DNA of 64,000 nt from the NCBI RefSeq assembly GCF_006345805.1, contig NC_042999.1, positions 169,632,001-169,696,000 on the forward strand, written 5' to 3'. The notes under the pieces were generated by a model that ran no database searches, was not told where the DNA came from, and saw only the letters and a program-made list of their open reading frames with translations. Positions 12,401 to 25,996 of the stretch are shown piece by piece. The position numbers were made by a program, and so were the translations under genes. Each line of letters opens with the position of its first letter. The first letter of the stretch is position 1. The stretch is from Octopus sinensis. Taxonomy: Eukaryota.

Positions 12401-15400
12401 CTGAAATAGATTTTCAAATAATTAGCAACCACTTATAAAAGGAAATAACTCGATAATTTGATACCTACAAAGCTAAGACTGCCCCATCAGTTCTATGCTA
12501 TAAAATTGTTTGTTTCCAGGTGTCCATATTTAAATTGAAACTTTGGTCCATAATTATTCATGAAAGACTATTTATAAAGGAAGTAACAATGATTTAAATC
12601 TTTAGACAGCAACCAATCTAAGACTGTTCATCCAGTTCTATGAGATAAAATTGTTCATTTTTAAATATCCATATGGAAACCTTGGATCATAATTCTACAT
12701 GAAAAGCATTTCTGAGAAAACCAGTATGCCAAATTTAACCATATTTTCATTATTTTAAAAATTAATTCAAACACATAGGTAATGTGTTTCAATAGAAATA
12801 GCATCATAAAGATACTGGATTATGATAGACACTAACTGGTATAGCTGCCTGCCCCCCTGGTATGAACAAAGGGTCAGAAATAGGTGCCTTGCAGTAAAGG
12901 AGAGAGAGGTGGGGGAGATGTTGAAGATGTAAAGAATGGGTCCATTCAAGTTACAGAGAAATGCATATAAGTGGAGCCACGGATTGGATAGGGTGAGTGG
13001 ATGGGTTGAGTTTGTGAGATTACGAAAGCGAAGTGGGAGATGGGAAAGCAGGGAGAAACTAATTGTGACTGCACAACACAAAACCGTCCATTCTATAAAG
13101 TGTTCATATTTATATTAAAGTAAGAGTAACATCCAGAAGTCAAAGAAAGTGATTAAGGCCTGCATCGTCAAGAAAAACAAAAATTAAATTTACAGGAGAG
13201 TTTGTTGTATTTAATTACTTCAAAGCACCAATATTCCACACTCCATCTAAGGGCCTGTAACTTAAAAATGCTATTCCCTTATCCCTGGTCCCCACTCCTT
13301 CACCCAATAACTGAACTTATTACTGCAATAATCTTGCCTTTTTTATTTAAATTAAAACCTTCTGTCATAATTTTAGAAAGAAGCTTCTGTTAAATTCTGT
13401 CCCAAGCAACAAAAAAATATAGAAAATGTTACTTTACTTTATCTTCCAAATTCTTGATTATTTTAAAAACTAATCGAAACACACACACAGGCAGTATATT
13501 TCATTGAAAATAGGATCATGATAGGGTTAAACTAGGCAAATATCTTTTAAAAAAACAAGGTTATCACAACATGAAAATGTAGTACTTACTTCTCCAGCAA
13601 AAAAAATCTTGTCATGGAGCTGTTGTGCAATGTGTGTGTAAACAGAAGCGTCTACACCAACCGGGACATAACTGTAAGACATACGATTGGAACTTTCTTT
13701 CTGCCAGTGACTTGTGTAATACTGCTCAGGTTCTGGGATTTTCTGCAGTCAAAACAAGAATATTTGAAAAGACTTTCTTCTGATAAAATATTGAACTTTG
13801 CCCAGGCTATTCTTATTCTAGCAGCTACACTTTCAGAGCATCCACCCCCACTACTGACTTGGTCACATAGGTAACAGAAGCTATCAATTACTTGTAGTTT
13901 TTTCCCCTGGAATGTGACGGAGGCTGTTTTCTGCACATTTTCAGTGTTTATTGCTCCTGAGCATTTGACACACACAAAAACTATCTTCCTAGTTAGCCTT
14001 CTTTTGATATTGCTGCACCTCTTATGTGTCCATGGCTTACACTGGGAACATCTTATGGAGTTTCTACCTATGCCTTTGCTACAGATTGAGCAGGGCCATC
14101 TACCTGAAGGGACTTATCGTTTGTCTACCTTCCTACTTATTAAGACTTTGGTTTTAGCTAAGTTGACTCTAAGGCCCTTCGATTCTAATACTTGCTTCCT
14201 TACCTGAAACTTCTCCAGTTCTGATAGTGACACAGCAATTAGAGCAAGGTCATCAGCATAGAGGAGCTCCCAGGGATATCCTGTCTTGAATTCCTCTGTT
14301 ATTGCCTGGAGGACTATGATAAATAGGAGGGGTCTGAGGACTGATCCTTGGTGGACCCCTACCTGGAATTCTTAACTGTACTCATTGCCAACCCTCATCT
14401 TACTGACAGCATCCCTGTACATGGCTTGTACAGCTCTCGCTAACCATTCATCTATCCCTAGTTTCCGCATTGACCACCAGACAAGGGATTGGGGTACTCT
14501 GTCAAAAGCTTTCTCCATGTCAACGAAGGTTAGGAACAGAGGCTTATCTCTGGCTAGGTATTTCTCCTGCAGCTGTCTTACCAGAAATTGACTATACGGG
14601 TGACTAGATTACAGCTGACACTGCCAGATATTTCAAGCATCTCTGCAGTGATTCCTGATGTGCCGGGGGCTTACCCTGTCTTCATACTCTTAATTGCTTT
14701 ATCTATCAAGGTACTGTCAATTCAGATAGCTGGTCCCTCTATTGGGTCGACATTTGGCAGACTCTCTTTCTCCCATTCATTCTCTTAATTTAGCAACCTT
14801 TCATAGTGGCATCTCCAAACCTCTCTCTTTGCAGCCTCATTTAGCGCAAGTGAACCGTCATCCTTGCGAACACATTTCTCTCCTACCACGTCACGATTCT
14901 CTCTCACACACTGTCTTGCAACACGAAATACCTCAAGTCTTTCATCCTCACAGCACAGAACATTGGCAAATTTTTTCTTATCTGCTTCCCCTCTGGCTAA
15001 ATATACCTGTCTCCTAGCTTCCCTTCTGGCAGTCTGATACACTTCCCTGCTCCCACCGTTCTTCCAGTCCTTCCAAGCTTGTTTCTTTTGTCTAATAGCC
15101 CTGTCAACAATATTGTTCCACCACCACGTTATTTTGGGTCTTGAGGGGACTTTGCACCAGCCACAGATCTGGACAGTGGCTCTCAGCAGGTTGTCCCGTA
15201 GAAACCTCCAGTTGTCTTCCACATTATCTGATGCTATATCTCCCTCTATTTCATCTAAGGCTTCGAGTAATACGTCTCTAAATCTCTGTCCATTTGCAGG
15301 ATCCTTAAGCTTCTAGACCCTTCTTCTCCATATTGGTCGTCTTCTGGGCATCCATTTAGCCCTGATCTTGAAGTTGCTAACTACTAATCTATGTTGTGGG

Positions 15401-16544
15401 GTGCATTCTTCACCTGGAAAAGTTTTGGCACTTATAAGTAGCCATCTTTTCTGTTTCCTGGTGAAGGTGTAGTCAATTTGACTAGTGTGTCTACTAAATC
15501 AGCAGGTGAATAGGTGGCTGGCAGGTTTCCTGAAGTTAGTATTAAAAAACATAAGATCATTTGCATCGCAGAACTTCAGCAGCCTGGTTCCTTCCTCAAT
15601 GTGGGAACGAAAACCATAACCTCCTTAAATCACATCTTGCCATCTTAAAAGCATCTCTACATACTTTGTCTTTCTGAATGCCTTTGATAATAGGTTGGCT
15701 GCTCTATGAACAGAGGACAGGGCTAAACAAAGATTACCTCCTTTACATTAAGTAACAAGAGGTCCACCACTGCAAGCAGTTAGATAGACCAATCCAGTCA
15801 GTGACATACAGGAAGGACTCTTCAGTTTTGATGGAGGAAACCGCTCCGATAGCGGTGGCATTAAATGCACTCAGTGCATGCTGTAAAGTAGTTGGTGATA
15901 GCAAGGACACCGAGGTGTAAAAACAAAAAACAAACAAAAAAAAACTATAGCAAAAGTATGACATGAATAACAAGAACAATTATGTTTCTCCATGTATCCT
16001 ATGAAAAAGGACCATGATGAATGAAAGACACTTTCAACTCATGCTGGGGTGGAAAAGTAAACATAAATTTTGAGATATGTGTATAAATCATTGTCATTTT
16101 CATGTTCACATAGGTTGATTAGAATTTGCTGAGACAGATTTTTCTATGGCAGAATGCCTCTCTGACACTAATCTTCATCTTTTGATAAGTGACATATTTC
16201 CCCATGACCAGAAATATTTTTTACAGAAGACTTCTCACTGAATTCTTGTTAATTGATTAATGGATAAATCATATCATTATATAAAAAAAAAAACATCTTC
16301 AGATGAGTACACAAACCACAATATTAGGAACATTTAACAATTTTCCAAAGTCCATGGCAAGTGCGTATTTAGTGATTTCACAACCTTCATTGTGCATTTC
16401 TGGATTCACCCCAGAGCTAGTAATAAACTCAGTAGAGTTCAATTAATTGTATACATAACCTGAATATCTTTCTGCCTGTATTTGGTACCAATGTTTGTAT
16501 TTGCCTATAGTTGCTGTGTATGCATTTTCATTTTAACCTGACCT

Positions 16545-16580
<36 letters not shown>

Positions 16581-19500
16581 AGGAGTCTTTTACGATAACA
16601 TGGTGGACCAGGTCAGTTTGAGCTTCCCTACTACTAAAATGTAAACTTTTTTGAACTTATAATATTCTGTTTTTTGTATGTATATACAGATACAATACCA
16701 ATATTCCACTGAACTTTTTAATAATTCTTTCTGGAAACTGTCTTTAACATTTTCTTGAGAATGTATATATACATTGTAATCTTTTGTGCCCAATATTTTA
16801 ATGAACTTGTTAAACTTTTTTATGTTCTTAACATGTTCTTGTTTCCAAAGACCGTATATATGTATTGTAGCATTTTGTGACAACCAATAATTAACACAAC
16901 CAAACTTTTACATGTTACTTTTGACAATATTTTTCTAAAAAGTGAAACCGGTAAAGTAAATAAACATCTTTTAAAATTGCATTTTCAAACCTTCTTTCAT
17001 ATATTAAAGCATTTTTTTTCTAGTTTTCATCTACCAAATCCACTTATAAGACTTTGGTTAGTCTGGAGTTATAGAAGACATTTGCCCAAGATGTCACATG
17101 GAAGGGTTGACTCTGGAACCATGCTGGGAGGAGTAAACATACACATACATGTATATTAAACTTAATTTAAATATAAATACTAACCTGTTCTGGGAACAGC
17201 TTACTCAAGACATCCATACACGCTTGTACAATTTCTTCACTTGATTTACCCATCACTTTTTTCAGACCATTCCCAGCAATATAGGTCACTAAAACGTGAG
17301 TCTCTTTGCCAGATTTCTGACAAGGGACAGAATAGGAAGTAAAAAAGTACAATTAATACAAGAAATTGCATGTGTGTGTGTGTGTGTGTCAGTGTGTATG
17401 TATGTATCATCATCATCATCATCATCGTTTAACGTCCGCTTTCCATGCTAGCATGAGTTGGACGGTTCAACTGGGGTCTGGCAAGCCCGAAGGCTGCACC
17501 AGGCCAGTCAGATCTGGCAGTGTTTCTACAGCTGGATGCCCTTCCTAACGTCAACCACTCCGTGAGTGTATGTTTAAAGTAAAATGCAAAGTAAAATATT
17601 TATCCAGACTCAATATTGAAAATAATGAAATGCTTAACAATGCAAAAACAAGATTTAAATAAAAATGTCTCCAAGGTCTAAAATTATGGAAAATGATGGA
17701 TATATAAAAAAAGATTAAAAATTGACGTTGAACAATTTCTTGATTCTCACCTGGACTTTTGAGAGATCATAGAACACACTGAACAGCCCCCGGCAGCTTT
17801 CATCAGAGGCAATATAACCAAAGACATCAACATCTTTCACCTTCTCACGCCAAAAGTTCTTCTTGAACTGCAAAACAATCTGAACAACAACAACAGCAAC
17901 AGTTTAGAAACTTGGAAACATTTCAGCTAAAAATCTACAAACAACAAAAATAAACAATTGGATTCACCAATTTAGAACATTGTTAACAAAACTCTACTGT
18001 AAATCACACACACACTGCTTTGAGTCAAAGATCCAAAGAACTGCTGGTCACAGTCAACTGATATTTCCTCACACAGACAGACAGACATACAGACACACAG
18101 GCAGTAATCAGCTAAAGCATGAAAAAGACAAAACTAGTAGGTTATATTACCTCATTGCCCCATCCCCACCTCACAGCCCTCTGAGGGCTAACATCCCCTT
18201 CAACATACCCAGCACCACCTTGGGAGTGGTACCTCCCATGTTGAGAATCTCTGCTCTATGTGCTCACTCAGCCTTACAGAAATAGCAGCTATATCTCTGA
18301 CTGGGGTTAAATAATAACAACTTCAATGTTAATTCTCGTTTTCTTATAGATGTAAAGAAATACCACAAGGAATTTTGTTCATCCTTCAAAGGATTCTGCA
18401 CCCACCCACCTACTTTGCAAGAAACATTAAAAAGAATTCTAATTCTCAAGACTTACCATTTCAATAACACCAGCACCAAGCGACTTAATTGCTTTAGTTT
18501 TCTCTACTGGCAGATGAGGCACAAAATCAATAACATCTTTTTGTAACACAGATAAGGGAACTGTAACCAACACCTGGTAATGTAGAAAAAAAAAAACAAT
18601 TTACTTTACATACTAATGTTTCTGTGGTTGCGTTTTGTGTATCTAATTATGTTGCTTTATATAATAGAGAGAAAATGGGAAGCTATTAACAATGTAAAGT
18701 TGAAGGGAAAATAAATATTACAAGCCTGGCAAAAGTTAACCACTATATTTACTGATAGACCCTCCTATCACTACTTTGGCAGGTACAGTGAAATCTATTG
18801 ATTTGCTAATAAGTTTATAATAAGACTGAAACAAGTCAAGAGTTGTCAGTCATTGATTACATGTTTTCTTATATTCTCTCATTATAAATATTTCTAACTA
18901 GCTTTGTAATTTTCCTTGTATTAAATATGTCAATCTGATTCTAACTTCTTCTCATACAAAAGCATCTCTGAGTAATTTACTCTACATTACATGCTATAAT
19001 GTTTTTATAATTAATGTAGAGAATGAATAGCTTTGTGCTCCAGGTAACAAAACTCTAATCTGAACAGGTAGGAGTTCGAGTATTGTTTGTTAGTAACAAC
19101 CATTAATTACTAATTAAAGATGATACTTGAAGATGGCAAAGGTTGATGATGACCTTCAATGGACAATAACTAACTGTCATTATTGAAGCTGTTCCACAAA
19201 AAACAACAACTAAATGTTGACCATTTTATAGCTTTAAAAGTCAAAGATGTCTGGTGAATGGGTAAAAATTAAAAAAATTAAAAATTTTCAACTTTAAAAA
19301 AAAAACTTCTATTCTCAATTACAACCTAGTAAGGATGAAAAGCAAACTCGATAAGGAGTAGGATTTGAACTCAAAATGTAAAGCAACGTAACCAAATACT
19401 AATAAATACTAAAAGGCATTTTGGTATTTGTTCTATCAATTTTTCTAATCTACCACTTTAGCATTAACCAAACATATTTTGACATTTTAACCTATCATAA

Positions 19501-22500
19501 TTTGATCCCTCTCTCCAGAACATTAGGGTCCCAGCTGACTGCTTTGCCCAGTCAATTTAGATGAGTCTAATTATTGAAAGAGAGAGAGAGAGAGAGAGAA
19601 GGCAACATTAACTATTTGAAGTTGAGAATCAAAAGTGCTACAAATAACTGTAATTAAACATAAATAACGATTAAATAATTAGAAATGTTGACTCTAATTA
19701 ACTTAAAAAGCTAATAAGTCATAAAGTGTGATTGAACAGACCTTATTGGCTCGGAAAACAGCTCCAGATGATGCATGCACTATCACATCAGCTTCACTAT
19801 AGTCAATCTTTACAACCTGAAAGCCAAAGAGGTTTTAGTCAAAGTTAAGCAAATTTAATATTTGTATGAAGCCCCATTCCTACAAAACGTACATTCATAT
19901 TAAGTTTTACTGAGTGACCATTCCTATAAATGGTCACTAATGCTAATCAACTCTAAATCCTTATTTATGCTTATCTGCTAAATCCTTATTTACGTTGACC
20001 ACAAAGACATAACTTCAAACTTAGTTACTGTTTGCTTTTGTCTACTTAGCTGTAAAATAAGTATGATTTCCGCTTCATGAGGGAGGAGTTAGCTGTAGAA
20101 TGGGACAGATGCCCTCTTGGACCAGCAAGTCATCTATAAACATTTAAATTTACACAAGCCAACCCACTTGTTAGCATAACTTGTTCATCATTTTAATGTC
20201 TAATTTTCCATGCATGCATGGGTCGGATATGTATGTTGGAACAGGGTTTTCTTTGGCTGAATGACCTTGTTTCCAAGTGGGATAACAATCTTTCAGTCTA
20301 ACAAATAACAAGCAGCCTGGACATATTTAATGCCAAGGACTGGAAACAAATGACACTGTATGAATGAACCCTTTGCTTACAAAGAAATACAAGCCCATTC
20401 ACTCACACACACACACAATGGGGTTCTTTTAGTTCCTGTTTACCAAATTCTCTCACAGGGCTTTGGTTGACTTGGGGTTGTAGTAGAAAACATTTGACTA
20501 AGGTGCCAGACAGTGGGACTGAACTCAAAACCATATAGTTGTGAAGAAAACTTCTCAACCAAATAGCCATGCTGGTACCTATAAATTTAATAGGTGTTTC
20601 TAGCATAGGCATAAGGCCTGAAATTAGGAGAAAGGAATTTAGCTGGTATTATCAACCCCAGAACTTGACCAGGATGGAAGGTAAAGTTGCTCTCAGCAAA
20701 TCTATTTTGACTTTCATCCTTTCTGGTTATAATCAGAGAAAATATTTTGTTTTATTGGTTTACTTAATTTTTTATCTCTCCACAAGGCTTTGCTTAATAC
20801 TGGGGTAGAGTAGAAGCCACTCGCTCAAGGTACCACACAGAGGCACTGAACTCCAAACCACTTCTTACTCACACCATCACACCTGATCCCAGAAAAAGAA
20901 TTATTTCTAAAGAAAATATCCACAGACCTCAACATTATATTGAATATCTAAATCTTTAGAGAGAAGACATAATAGTTCTGATAGTCCTTGACATAACATT
21001 ATGCTGGAGCTGCCGAGCTGAGGAAAAGCTTCATGTTGATCCCAATGCATTGATGATAAATCTTCAACACTGCAACCACTGACCAACTCCATGTGACCCA
21101 GATAATACTCAAGGATCTTTTCTTCGTCCTAAAGTAAAAAAAAAAAAAAAATAATAGTCAAATAATAGCCAATGATAATTCCATAAACACAGTAACACAA
21201 AACATTTCATATTGATTTTGGAGCATTTAAATCATTAATTCCTTATTTCCTTTAAAAAAAGTTTGTCTAGTGAAAAACTTCACACAACAAAAGTCATCCT
21301 TAGCTTATTGTTTCTTTTATTTCTGATTCGAAGTCTTGACTAGAATACAAGAAAATAAAGAAACGGTTTTGAGAATTTAGATCAAATTGAGACAATGATC
21401 TTAAATGCTTTTTTTTTAATTGAATAAATCACCCTCAGGACTAATAGTCTAAAGCCTAGTACTTATTGCACTGGTCTCTTTGCCAAACTGCGAAGCTATG
21501 GGGATGTAAACACACCAACACTGGTCATCAAGCAGTGATGGGGGGACAAAGACACACACAAATATATATCATCATCATCATCGTTTAACGTCCGTTTTCC
21601 GCGCTAGCACGGGTTGGACGGTTCGACCGGGGTCTGGGAAGCCAGGGGCCGCTCCAGGCTCCAGTCTGATCTGGCAGAGTTTCTACGGCTGGATGCCCTT
21701 CCTAACGTCAACCACTCCGCGAGTGGAGTGGGTGCTTTTTACGTGCCACCTGCACAGGGGCCGGGGGGTCCGGCATCGGTCACGATCGGTTCGAGCTTTT
21801 AACGTGCCAGCGGCACGGGAGCCAGCCAAGGCGGCGCTGGCAACGTTCGGATGGTCTTACCGGCACAGAGTCCAGTCGGGGCAGCGCTGGCATCGGCCAC
21901 GTTCGGATAGTACTTTTTATGTGCCACCGGCACAGGCATCATAACTCCTATTTCCATTGATATTTATTTCGACGTTCATGTTCATGTACTTGACTCAACA
22001 GATCTCCTCAGGCACAGCAGGACTATCTGGGATCCGGGGTACTTTGAATGGGCAGGGGCTATGTGGAACTGATACAGGAAGCAGCCCGGGTCTTTGCAGT
22101 CACAGCATATCTCCAGAGATCTCGGTCCTTCGCCATTGCCTCAGTGAGGCCCAATGCTCTGAGGTCATGCTTGACTACCTCATCCCATGTCTTCCTGGAT
22201 CTACCTCTCCCCCTGATACCTTCAACTGTTTGGGAGTGGCACTTCTTCACACATCTCTCTTCATCCATCCGCAGCACATGACCATACCATCGCAAGCGTC
22301 GCTCTTGCACACCACATCTGATGCTTCTTATATCCAGCATTTCTCTCAGGATGCTTACACTCTGTCGTGCGTGCACACTGACACTACACATCCAGCGGAT
22401 CATGCTAGCTTCATTTCTTTCAAGTCTACGCATGTCCTCTGCAGTCACAGCCCATGTTTCATTACCGTGAAGCATGGCAGTTCGCACACATGCATCATAC

Positions 22501-24524
22501 AATCTACCTTTCGCTCTGAGGGAGAGACCCTTTGTCGCCAGTAGGGGTAGGAGCTTTCTGAACTTTGCCCAGGCTATTCGTATTCTAGTGGTGATACTCT
22601 CTGTGCATCCACCTCCGCTACTAACTTGGTCACCCAGGTAGCGGAAACTATCAACTACTTCTAGTTTCTCTCCCTGGAGTGTGATGGAATCTGTTTTCTG
22701 AGTGTCTGTTGTGTCTATTGCCCCTGTGCATCTGCCGCACATGAAAGCTATCTTATCTGTTAATTTCCCTTTAATGTTGCTGCACCTCTTATGCGTCCAT
22801 AGCTTACATTGGGTGCATCTTATGGAGTTTCTACCTGTACCTTTCCTACAGATTGAGCAGGGCCACCTACCCGAGAGGGTGTGTGCTGAGTACGCCTTGC
22901 TGCTTACTATTACTTTGGTTTTTTGCTACATTTACTCTAAGGCCCTTTGATTCTAACCCTTGCTTCCACACCCGAAATTTCTTTTCTAGTTCCGGTAGTG
23001 ATTCTGCTATGAGAGCTAGGTCATCAGCATAGAGGAGCTTCCAGGGGCATCCCGTTTTGAATTCCTCTGTTATTGCCTGGAGGACTATGATGAATAAAAG
23101 GGGACTGAGGGCTGAGCCCTGGTGCACACCTACTTCTACCTGGAATTCTTCACTATATTCGTTGCCAATCCTAACCTTGCTGACAGCCTCTCTGTATAGA
23201 GCCTGTACAGCCCTTATTAGCCATTCGTCAATCTCCAGTTTCCGCATCGACCACCAAATAAGGGAACGGGGAACCCTGTCAAAGGCTTTCTCCAAGTCCA
23301 CAAAAGCTATGTAGAGGGGTTTATCTTTAGCTAGGTACTTCTCCTGCAGTTGTCGGACCAGGAATATAGCATCAGTGGTGCTTCTACCTGGTACAAAACC
23401 GCATCTAAGCAAATTCTCTCCCTAATGAGATGGGTTATGACCCTCTCTGAGACCTTCATCACCTGGTCCAACAGTTTGATACCCCTGTAGTTATTTCTAT
23501 CTAGAGCATCACCCTTACCCTTGTAGCAGTTGACTATGGTGCTGCTGCGCCAGTCATTGGGTATGACTCCATTGTGAACTACCTGGTTTACAATGCGGGT
23601 GACTATGCCATAGCCCACATAACCAGCTGTTTTAAGCATCTCAGCAGTGATTCCTGATGGGCCGGGGGCTTTGCCTGGTTTCATATCCTTAATTGCCTTA
23701 TCTACAAGGGAGCTGTCTATTCGAGTAGCTGGTCCCTCTACTGGGTCAACATTTGGCAGGCTCTCTTCCTCCCATTCATTCTCCTCGTTCAGCAGTCTTT
23801 CATAATGGCTTCTCCAAGCCTCTTTCTTTTCACCAACATTAAAAGCAAGTGCCCCATCATCCATGCAGACACATTTCTCTCCTGTAACATCACTATTTTC
23901 TCTGACACACTGTCTGGCAATCCGAAATACCTCAGCTCTTTGGTCCTCATACACATATATATATATACATGCCAGGCTTCTTGCAGTTTCTGTCTACCAG
24001 ATCCACTCACAAGGCTTTGGTCAGCCCAAGGCCATAGTAGAAGATACGTGCCCAAGGTGCCATGCAGTGAGACTGAACTCGAAACCATGTGGTTGGGAAG
24101 CTAGCTTCTTACCACACAGCCACACCTAACCTAATAAAGTGACACAGATTAACTTGAATAAGAGTATCAATTACTTTGAGTAGAAAATATAAAAAAAACG
24201 ACAGGCAAAACTTGTTCAGTGGGAAAGCACCACTGGAAAGTGAGACTTAAGTTATTTCATCCAGGTTTAAATCAGAAAAAATATCCTAAAATATTTTTAT
24301 TTTTAAAAGGATTTGGTTCAAACTCTTTTACTTGTTTCAGTCATTTGACTGTGACCATGCTGGAGCACCGGCTTTAGTCAAGCAAATCGACCCCAGGACT
24401 TATTCTTTGGAAGCCTAGTACTTATTCTATCGGTCTCTTTTGCCGAACTGCTAAGTTACGGGGACGTAAACACACCAGCATCGGTTGTCAAGCAATGTTG
24501 GGGGGACAACAAAAAATAAACACG

Positions 24525-24563
<39 letters not shown>

Positions 24564-25697
24564 GACGAGCTTCTTTTCAGTTTCCGTCTACCAAATCCAC
24601 TCACAAGACTTTGATCAGGCTGAGGCTATAGTAGAAGACACCTGCCCAAGGTGGGACTGAGCACGGAATCATGTGGTTGACAAGCAAGCTACTTACCACA
24701 CAGCCACTCCTGCGCCTATATATAATTCTTTAAACAAATTTCAAAATTTTGTGTAATAAGACAACTGTGTGCCTGTATGTGTGCATAAACATGCACTCAC
24801 ACAAAATAGATTGAACAGCAGAGTTTCAAAATATTTCATCATAATGAGTATTCACAATAATTTCTATGGCCTGAGTTTCAGTTGTGTTTTACAATATGGG
24901 AAGAACATGAATGATTGGGACGAAAGGTTGAATGTTCACAGCTCCTTTAAAATATAGGAACTGAGAAGGATTGGTCATGTATGGTTAACATTTAAGGTTG
25001 GTACATGTAGGGCATTGTGGGGGTGCAATGGCCCAGTGGTTAGGGCAGTGGACTCGCGGTTTCGATTCCCAGACCGGGCGTTGTGTGTGTTTATTGAGCG
25101 AAAACATCTAAAGCTCCACGAGGCTCCGGCAGGGGGTGGTGGCGACCCCTGTTGTACTCTTCCGCCACAACTTTCTCTCACTCTCTCTTCCTGTTTCTTG
25201 AGTAATGCTGCAATGGACTGGCGTCCCGTCCAGCTGGGGGGAACACATATGCCACAGAAACCGGGAAACTGGGCCCATGAGCCTGGCTAGGCTTGAAAAC
25301 GGCGACATGTAGGGCATTGGATAAGGAATAAAGTCTTTTGCTGATATAAATACTTTTTCACTGTTCTCATTCTGTCAATGGTTAGGTGTTCAGGCAAGTA
25401 TACTGGCATTGATGTGGCAACATCTGAAATATTGTCTAGGTAAATGCAGCTGATGAAGACCGATCAAATTTACCTTGTCAAACGTATTTGAAGAATCAGA
25501 AACCGGTCCTGCATTATCCGATTCTGAGTTGTCCATTTATCAAATGTTCTTAGAGGCAAGACAAATTTTTCATGTTTGTTGCACACACACGTCTTTGCCA
25601 GTATATACGCAGTGAAGCTTTACAATAGCATTGTATTTGTATCGATTGCTATTTTCCAGTGAATATTGGTGCCTTGTTGTACCACTCTGATTTTATA

Positions 25698-25746
<49 letters not shown>

Positions 25747-25936
25747 TGGTAAAAACGGTAAGATAATAAAAGAAAGAAAGAGACCTCAATATTATGTAAA
25801 TAGAGGAAATTTTTTTTTTCATAGAGTTTTTCAGATGGCCAGATAACCGAAGAGATGGTGTTGTAGATTTCCACCTCAGCATCCGAAACTCAGAGGTTTA
25901 TCTTGGCTATTGAATAATTGTCACATATTATTTTAC

Positions 25937-25996
<60 letters not shown>

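Noticed and set aside
12487-12720. Old ~150-bp imperfect duplication in the last KDM1B intron
   Set aside because: Low identity and no structural features; ordinary decay.
13652-13975. 107-aa ORF as a gene
   Set aside because: A chance fusion of an RTE fragment with an off-frame reading of KDM1B exon 18.
15738-15880. Cryptic or poison exon in KDM1B intron 17
   Set aside because: AG/GT sites exist, but the 143-nt segment has an in-frame stop and no homology, so it is indistinguishable from chance.
18457-18459. Rescue of the catalytic Lys by A-to-I editing or an alternative exon
   Set aside because: Editing of ATG gives Val, not Lys, and I saw no duplicate exon 15 encoding Lys in the flanking introns.
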